From: Campylobacterota bacterium
GTDB taxonomy: Bacteria; Campylobacterota; Campylobacteria; Campylobacterales; Sulfurimonadaceae
Direction of reading: 5' to 3'
Length of the DNA stretch: 51,028 nt
NCBI GenBank assembly: GCA_034660715.1
Contig: JAYEJR010000151.1
Coordinates: 4,310 to 55,337, forward strand
The translations under genes were made by a program, and so were the position numbers. Each line of letters opens with the position of its first letter. Positions within the stretch are counted from its first letter, which is position 1. Positions 46,331 through 51,028 of the stretch are shown here, piece by piece. The notes below the pieces were generated by a model, which was not told the DNA's origin, did not search any database, and was given only the letters and a program-made list of their open reading frames with translations.

Positions 46331-47032
46331 TTGTTTTCACATAAACACCCTCATCCTCCTATCTTCTATGCAGATACAAAAAAGATTATAATGGGTACTT
46401 TGCCACCTCCGCGTTTTTCAACAGATGACTTAAAAATAGATGATGTTTTTTTCCCTTATGGTTCAAGGGATAGTAACCTATGGAAAGCTCTTAGTGATAT
46501 CTTTGACTTGAACCTTATTTTTGAGAATACTCCATATGCTATAAAACAGAGAAGTGACTTTCTAAAGAAAAACCGTATTGGGATATGTGATATTGTAGAC
46601 TCTTGCCAAAGAGAAAAAATAGATGCAAGCGATATTGGGATGAGCAGTGTTGTTTTAAGGGATATACTAGCTTATTTAAAAGAGTATAAGAGCATCGATA
46701 CGATTGTTTTTACCGGAGGGGCTTCTAAAAATGGGCCTGAGTATTTCTTACGAAAAATCTTAAAAGAGCAAACAATCAAAATGACTTTACTCCAAGCCGA
46801 CATTCCAAAGGTTCATAGTTTTATGTTTGATGGTAGAGAGATAAAAACTATCTCTTTAACTTCTCCTTCAAATGCAGCAAACAGGTTTATCGGATCAAAC
46901 TCGTACTATAAAGAGCAAAAAAAGCTAAACCCTAGTTACACTACATATGACTTTAGAAAAGAGCAGTATGAGTTAGTATTTAGGGCACCTCTAAAAACCC
47001 TAGCATCACTCAGAGGGAATAAAGAGAGATGA
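46331..47032 (+). CDS. Uracil-DNA glycosylase superfamily protein; C-terminus supplied by a MITE
   Basis: IMGTLPP, YGSRDSNLW and LTSPS motifs. The last 16 codons lie inside the MITE. Confidence 0.8.
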   Translation: MFSHKHPHPPIFYADTKKIIMGTLPPPRFSTDDLKIDDVFFPYGSRDSNLWKALSDIFDLNLIFENTPYAIKQRSDFLKKNRIGICDIVDSCQREKIDASDIGMSSVVLRDILAYLKEYKSIDTIVFTGGASKNGPEYFLRKILKEQTIKMTLLQADIPKVHSFMFDGREIKTISLTSPSNAANRFIGSNSYYKEQKKLNPSYTTYDFRKEQYELVFRAPLKTLASLRGNKER

Positions 47033-47248
47033 AGTCGTGAAGAACTTTCTTTGAGTCATAGCCTTAGCTACGACGATAAGAAATTCTTTGCGAATTCGCT
47101 CTCTTTGTTCCTCCCTTTGGGCATAAGAGAAGAGCCTATACTCATCGTTACTCTTTCTTGACTTAGCTTAGGCTAGGTCTTCAAAAGAGTGCCTTGATTA
47201 TAAACTTTTCTCTTGTGCTGAGTGACACTAGGGTTTTTAGAGGTGCCC
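46983..47248. mobile_element. MITE, 266 bp, ~31-bp terminal inverted repeats, TTTA target-site duplication
   Basis: gggcacctctaaaaaccctagcatcactcag ... ctgagtgacactagggtttttagaggtgccc (2 mismatches); ttta at 46979-46982 and 47249-47252. Confidence 0.9.
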
Positions 47249-47276
47249 TTTACTAATAACTCAAGTCAGAACTCGC

Positions 47277-47800
47277 TCAATGTTTAAAGTTTACCTGCAT
47301 TAAATCAGGGTGTATAAAAGAGTAAGAAAGTGCTTCTTTTAACTTCTCGTTACTGATGACTTCAGGCACCATCTCGTCTGAATCTTTAAAGCTAGGGGTA
47401 CAATATCCACTCTGCTTACAAACATGAGTATAGAACTCCTCCTTTGTTGGATGGGTATCGGCACAGGCATTAAAAGTTTCTCCCCATACACCCTGTTCTA
47501 AGATGGCGTTTATCACACCTATACAGTCATCAAGGTGAATGAGGTTCACTCTCGCATTTTTGAGAAGCTGTTTTTTCTTTACAAAATTTGAGGGGTTCCT
47601 GCTTCCACCTATAAGTCCGCCAAACCTTAGAATAGTTGTCTCAAACACCAGAGAGCTTTTAAATACCTCTTCGATAACATAACGAGGGTTTTCCAGACTT
47701 TTGTCACGGCAGATCGAAGTGCTACTCACAAAAAGTACCTTTTTTATGGGTGAGTGTTCTATTCTTTCTATGAGAGTTCTAAAACCCTCTATATTTTTTG
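47277..47800 (-). pseudogene. 5'-truncated NAD(P)-dependent epimerase/SDR (YeeZ-like)
   Basis: The frame reads KNIEGFRTLIERIEHSPIKKVLFVSSTS...ILRFGGLIG...VNLIHLDDC...ISNEK. The Rossmann GxGxxG N-terminus and a start codon are absent. Confidence 0.7.
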
Positions 47801-48118
47801 GTTTTTCCAGTAGTCACATCTATCCTGCTCACTCTGGTTGTTCTCAGCACTACAGGCAATTTTTTTGATACCCTCAACGCTAAAAGAGCTTATCTTCTCT
47901 TTTGATCTCTCATAAAAAGCTACAGCCTTATCTCTGTTCTCTTGTGTATTTATCTCATCTATATACTCAGAACCCATCTTATAAAGCTCACTACTGTTGA
48001 CATCTTTTGCCATCTCTATAAGTGCTCCCCAAGGGATATCATCTGAACCTTGTGTCTCTTTAGCCTCATCCGAGTAAAGACTCAAAGTTAGTAAAACCGC
48101 TAACAATATTTTTTTCAT
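47789..48118 (-). CDS. Small secreted hypothetical protein
   Basis: SD aggag then MKKILLAVLLTLSLYS signal peptide; two Cys near the C-terminus. Confidence 0.75.
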   Translation of the reverse strand: MKKILLAVLLTLSLYSDEAKETQGSDDIPWGALIEMAKDVNSSELYKMGSEYIDEINTQENRDKAVAFYERSKEKISSFSVEGIKKIACSAENNQSEQDRCDYWKNQKI

Positions 48119-48135
48119 TTTTTCGCTCCTTATCA

Positions 48136-48180
48136 ATCTTTACACAATCTTGACAAACACTTCCTAAACTCCATCTTAAA
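48136..48180 (+). promoter_or_regulatory. Promoter with an 11-bp-period direct repeat, copy 1
   Basis: atctttacaca-atcttgacaaa-cacttcctaaact, closely matched at 49587. Confidence 0.6.
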
Positions 48181-48202
48181 AACAACAATAATGGAGTCAC
48201 TG

Positions 48203-49336
48203 ATGAAAAAAATATTAATTGTGGGTGCAGGAATCGCTGGGCTAATGATGCAAAATAGGCTAGAAGCTTTGGGGTGTACTTCTGTGCTATGCGAACAGTC
48301 TGATGTTTTACGTGCTGAGGGAGCTGGGCTACTCCTTGGTGCGAATGTAGTAAAAATATTTAAGGAGATTGGCTTAGAAAGTGAGCTTTTATCAAAGTCG
48401 CAAGTTATAGATACTATAAAATCTATGGATAATGACAATAACCTGCTTGGAAAACTCGATTTAAAGAAAGTTTATGAGAGTAGTGGCTATCAAACGCTAA
48501 CGATTTGTAGACAAGCTCTCTTTGACATTTTAGTGCAGAGTATCGATAAAGAGAGGGTTTGGTTGTCTCACAAAGTCATATCCATTAAAAAAGTCATAGA
48601 TGGCTATGTGGTAGTGTTTACTAATGGCAGAGTTGAAGAGTTTTCTAAAATCATTGCAGCTGATGGGCTCCACTCAAGAGTAAAAAAACTCATCTTTAAA
48701 GATGAAGAGCTTCGCTATACAAAACAGGCTTGTTGGCGGTTTGTTGTCAATAGCCAAGAGGGAGCTAACAGTTCAGTATGTAGCGAGATGTGGGGAGATG
48801 AGAAAAGAGTGGGAATCTTTCCGTTGGTAAACAACAAAACTTACTGCTTTTTAGTCTCAAGCATAAAAGGGGGAGAGGAGAAATTAAACTTCAAAGACGT
48901 CATAAGGGAGTTTGATGACTTTGGTGGAGAGTGGGCAAAAATAAGTTCGACCCTCGATACCCAAAACACTCAGTATCTCTATGTAGAGTTAGTCGACGCA
49001 AAAAACATAACGCTTCAAAAAGATGGAGTAGTCTTTATGGGCGACTCCGCACACTCAACGACTCCAAACATGGGTCAAGGAGCGGCAATGGGGATAGAGA
49101 GTGCTTATCTATTTAGCGAACTCCTCAAAAAAAGTAGATTTGATTTTGACAAGGCAAGTTCCCTGTATGAACAAGAACGCTATGAGAGGGTTAACAGCAT
49201 CAGAAAAAAATCAATGGCATTAGGAAAACTAGCTCATATAAAATCTAAAACAGCACAAAAAATACGAAACTTTATTTTAAAAGTCATACCAGACATTTTG
49301 ACTCAAAAAGAGTTTGAAAAAGCAATCTTTGCATAA
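48203..49336 (+). CDS. FAD-dependent monooxygenase (group A aromatic hydroxylase-like)
   Basis: IVGAGIAGL, AADGLHS and GDSAH...NMGQGA motifs. Confidence 0.9.
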   Translation: MKKILIVGAGIAGLMMQNRLEALGCTSVLCEQSDVLRAEGAGLLLGANVVKIFKEIGLESELLSKSQVIDTIKSMDNDNNLLGKLDLKKVYESSGYQTLTICRQALFDILVQSIDKERVWLSHKVISIKKVIDGYVVVFTNGRVEEFSKIIAADGLHSRVKKLIFKDEELRYTKQACWRFVVNSQEGANSSVCSEMWGDEKRVGIFPLVNNKTYCFLVSSIKGGEEKLNFKDVIREFDDFGGEWAKISSTLDTQNTQYLYVELVDAKNITLQKDGVVFMGDSAHSTTPNMGQGAAMGIESAYLFSELLKKSRFDFDKASSLYEQERYERVNSIRKKSMALGKLAHIKSKTAQKIRNFILKVIPDILTQKEFEKAIFA

Positions 49337-49349
49337 TATATGGAACTAT

Positions 49350-49571
49350 ATGAAATACCTAAATAGATTAATCGAACCAATAAAAGAGCTAAACTTGATT
49401 TACTACAGTGAGATGTCAGTTAAAAATAATGAACTATCTGTTTTTACTCTCTTAAATAGTAGTAGTTATGTATCTGTAAGAGAGCTGGTAGCTATTTCAG
49501 AGTTAATCAACCACAAAATATATAGTGTGGTCTATACTGAAAATATTATAACTATAAAAGAAAAAATTTAA
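49350..49571 (+). CDS. Small hypothetical protein, 73 aa
   Basis: ATG 49350 after gga; fills the gap between co-directional genes. Confidence 0.5.
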   Translation: MKYLNRLIEPIKELNLIYYSEMSVKNNELSVFTLLNSSSYVSVRELVAISELINHKIYSVVYTENIITIKEKI

Positions 49572-49586
49572 TCACTACTTTTCAAC

Positions 49587-49632
49587 ATCTTCACATAATC
49601 TTGACACAGACTTCATAAACTTCATTTTGAAA
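49587..49632 (+). promoter_or_regulatory. Promoter with an 11-bp-period direct repeat, copy 2
   Basis: atcttcacata-atcttgacaca-gacttcataaact. Confidence 0.6.
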
Positions 49633-49652
49633 ATAAAAAATGGAGAAAGAAA

Positions 49653-50792
49653 ATGAAAAAAATCTTAAATTTAGCACTTGTGTCTGCAACTGCTTTGATG
49701 GTTATAGGTTGTGGTGACACTAATGATTCTAATGAGAAAGCTTATACACCGCCACCAGTCAAAAACAAAACTCTTGGTTCTCTTAAACGCGAGGTAAGTT
49801 ACTTAACAGACATTACCAATGGAATGTCTCTTTACACTTTTGATAAAGATACACTCTTCCCTACAACTACAAACTGCGATGCAGCTTGTCAAGCCATTTG
49901 GCCTATTTTTACTGGTTCAAACACTGCGAGTACGGATATAACTGTATTTGATACAAACACTAGTCACTTAGCTTACAGACAACATCCTATGTACTTTTTT
50001 AAAAATGATGCAGTAGTTGGTGATGTAAACGGAGACAATGTAAAAGATGTATGGCACCTCATCTATGCACCTGCTGGTTCAAACGATACTCAGACTAAGT
50101 TCTCTAGCTCTGCAAACAGTATGACTCAAACATTTTTAACAGGTAAAGATGGTATGTCTCTTTATACTTTTGATAAAGATGACATTAATGAGAGTGTCTG
50201 TTATGGAACTCCCGATACGATGCCACTTGGAAGTTGTGAAGCTAGATGGCCAGTCTTTTATACTACGGACTTTACAAACTTACCAGAGGGAACAGAGGCC
50301 TCTGACTTTGGTACGATAGATAGAAACCTAACAAAAGCACTTAAAGATGACAATGGCGAACCTCTAGCGACAAAACAGACAACTTACAAAGGTTTACCTC
50401 TTTACTACTGGTTCCAAGACTCTAAGGCTGGCGATGTTACCGGTGACTGGGTAGGTGGTGTTTGGCACCTCATAGAACTCTCTGCACAGAAGACTTCATC
50501 AATCACTCCTTCACCTTATACTGCCGCAGCCGCTACTGCTGGAGAAGCTATCTTCACAGACCCCGCAAAATGTTCAAGCTGTCATGGTGCAGATGGTCAA
50601 ACGCCACCGCTTGGAGTTGACAATGTAATAGCTAAGTATGGCGACGCAGCGTTAATAGAGCAAAAACTTCGCGATATGAGAGACAACGGAAATCCTAACA
50701 ATAGACACTCTGCAATGGTGAATGTAGCAGGTGGGTTGTCAGATACAGCTATCACAAACCTTAGTGCTTTTGTCGCTACTTTAAAAAAGTAA
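49653..50792 (+). CDS. Lipoprotein with COG4315/Lipoprotein_15 repeats fused to a C-terminal c-type cytochrome
   Basis: Lipobox VIG|C; GMSLYTFDKD twice, MYFFKND, LYYWFQD; CSSCH heme motif with a distal Met. Confidence 0.85.
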   Translation: MKKILNLALVSATALMVIGCGDTNDSNEKAYTPPPVKNKTLGSLKREVSYLTDITNGMSLYTFDKDTLFPTTTNCDAACQAIWPIFTGSNTASTDITVFDTNTSHLAYRQHPMYFFKNDAVVGDVNGDNVKDVWHLIYAPAGSNDTQTKFSSSANSMTQTFLTGKDGMSLYTFDKDDINESVCYGTPDTMPLGSCEARWPVFYTTDFTNLPEGTEASDFGTIDRNLTKALKDDNGEPLATKQTTYKGLPLYYWFQDSKAGDVTGDWVGGVWHLIELSAQKTSSITPSPYTAAAATAGEAIFTDPAKCSSCHGADGQTPPLGVDNVIAKYGDAALIEQKLRDMRDNGNPNNRHSAMVNVAGGLSDTAITNLSAFVATLKK

Positions 50793-50798
50793 AACAAG

Positions 50799-51028
50799 AT
50801 GAAAAAGCTACTACTGCTGCTATCTACTATCACCCTTCTTAGTGAAGGATTGATGGCGTTTGAGATGGGACAACTGAGTCTTGACACTCCTAATGTACTC
50901 AAAAATGGGGAAGGCTCTTTTGGGATTCGTCATAGGTTTTATGGGGAGATAGATGACTTAGATAAGTTTTTTGGTACCGATGATGGCGGAAATATGTACT
51001 TTGCACTTAAGTACTCACTCTTTGACAA
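50799..51028 (+). CDS. DUF5777-like outer-membrane beta-barrel protein, partial
   Basis: Manual translation MKKLLLLLSTITLLSEGLMAF...FGIRHRFYG...FFGTDDGG; the HRF and FFG.D motifs recall DUF5777. Confidence 0.6.
   Translation, partial: MKKLLLLLSTITLLSEGLMAFEMGQLSLDTPNVLKNGEGSFGIRHRFYGEIDDLDKFFGTDDGGNMYFALKYSLFD

Noticed and set aside
36207-47032. RNase H, MutY, Pif1 and UDG as one repair or anti-phage system
   Set aside because: Mixed orientations, unrelated genes interleaved, and no reverse transcriptase or nuclease partner.

Overview
AT-rich bacterial chromosomal window. Gene content, gene order and promoter style suggest Campylobacterota, probably Sulfurimonas-like (inference, no search run). 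From start to end it contains: part of a type II secretion gene cluster (gspG-H-F-K-L-M-N-C, minus strand); two tandem ~0.5 kb cassettes with near-identical flanks but divergent small membrane-protein cargo; an 1800-aa surface lipoprotein divergent from a 7TM histidine kinase/response regulator pair; the SRP RNA (ffs); a Fic gene and a PemK/MazF toxin-antitoxin pair; a six-gene peptidoglycan-recycling operon (secreted NagZ-amidase fusion, Na+/solute symporter, anmK, amgK, murU, MltB-like); housekeeping and signalling genes (GAF pair, arsC-like, dCMP deaminase, SurA-like, Sel1 proteins, gltX, GGDEFs, ABC exporter, RNase H, radical SAM, mutY); several deletion scars; a ~4.1 kb segment bounded by inverted repeats that encodes a two-gene module resembling a split eukaryotic large lipid transfer protein (MTP/vitellogenin/apoB-like); a Pif1 helicase; a UDG-family gene interrupted by a MITE; a flavin monooxygenase; and a COG4315-repeat/cytochrome c fusion lipoprotein followed by a DUF5777-like barrel. 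The strongest candidates for an undescribed system are the LLTP-like pair (40596-44392), the AmpG-less symporter-based recycling operon (17760-24525) and the cassette array (5556-6582). All family calls come from reading motifs by eye.
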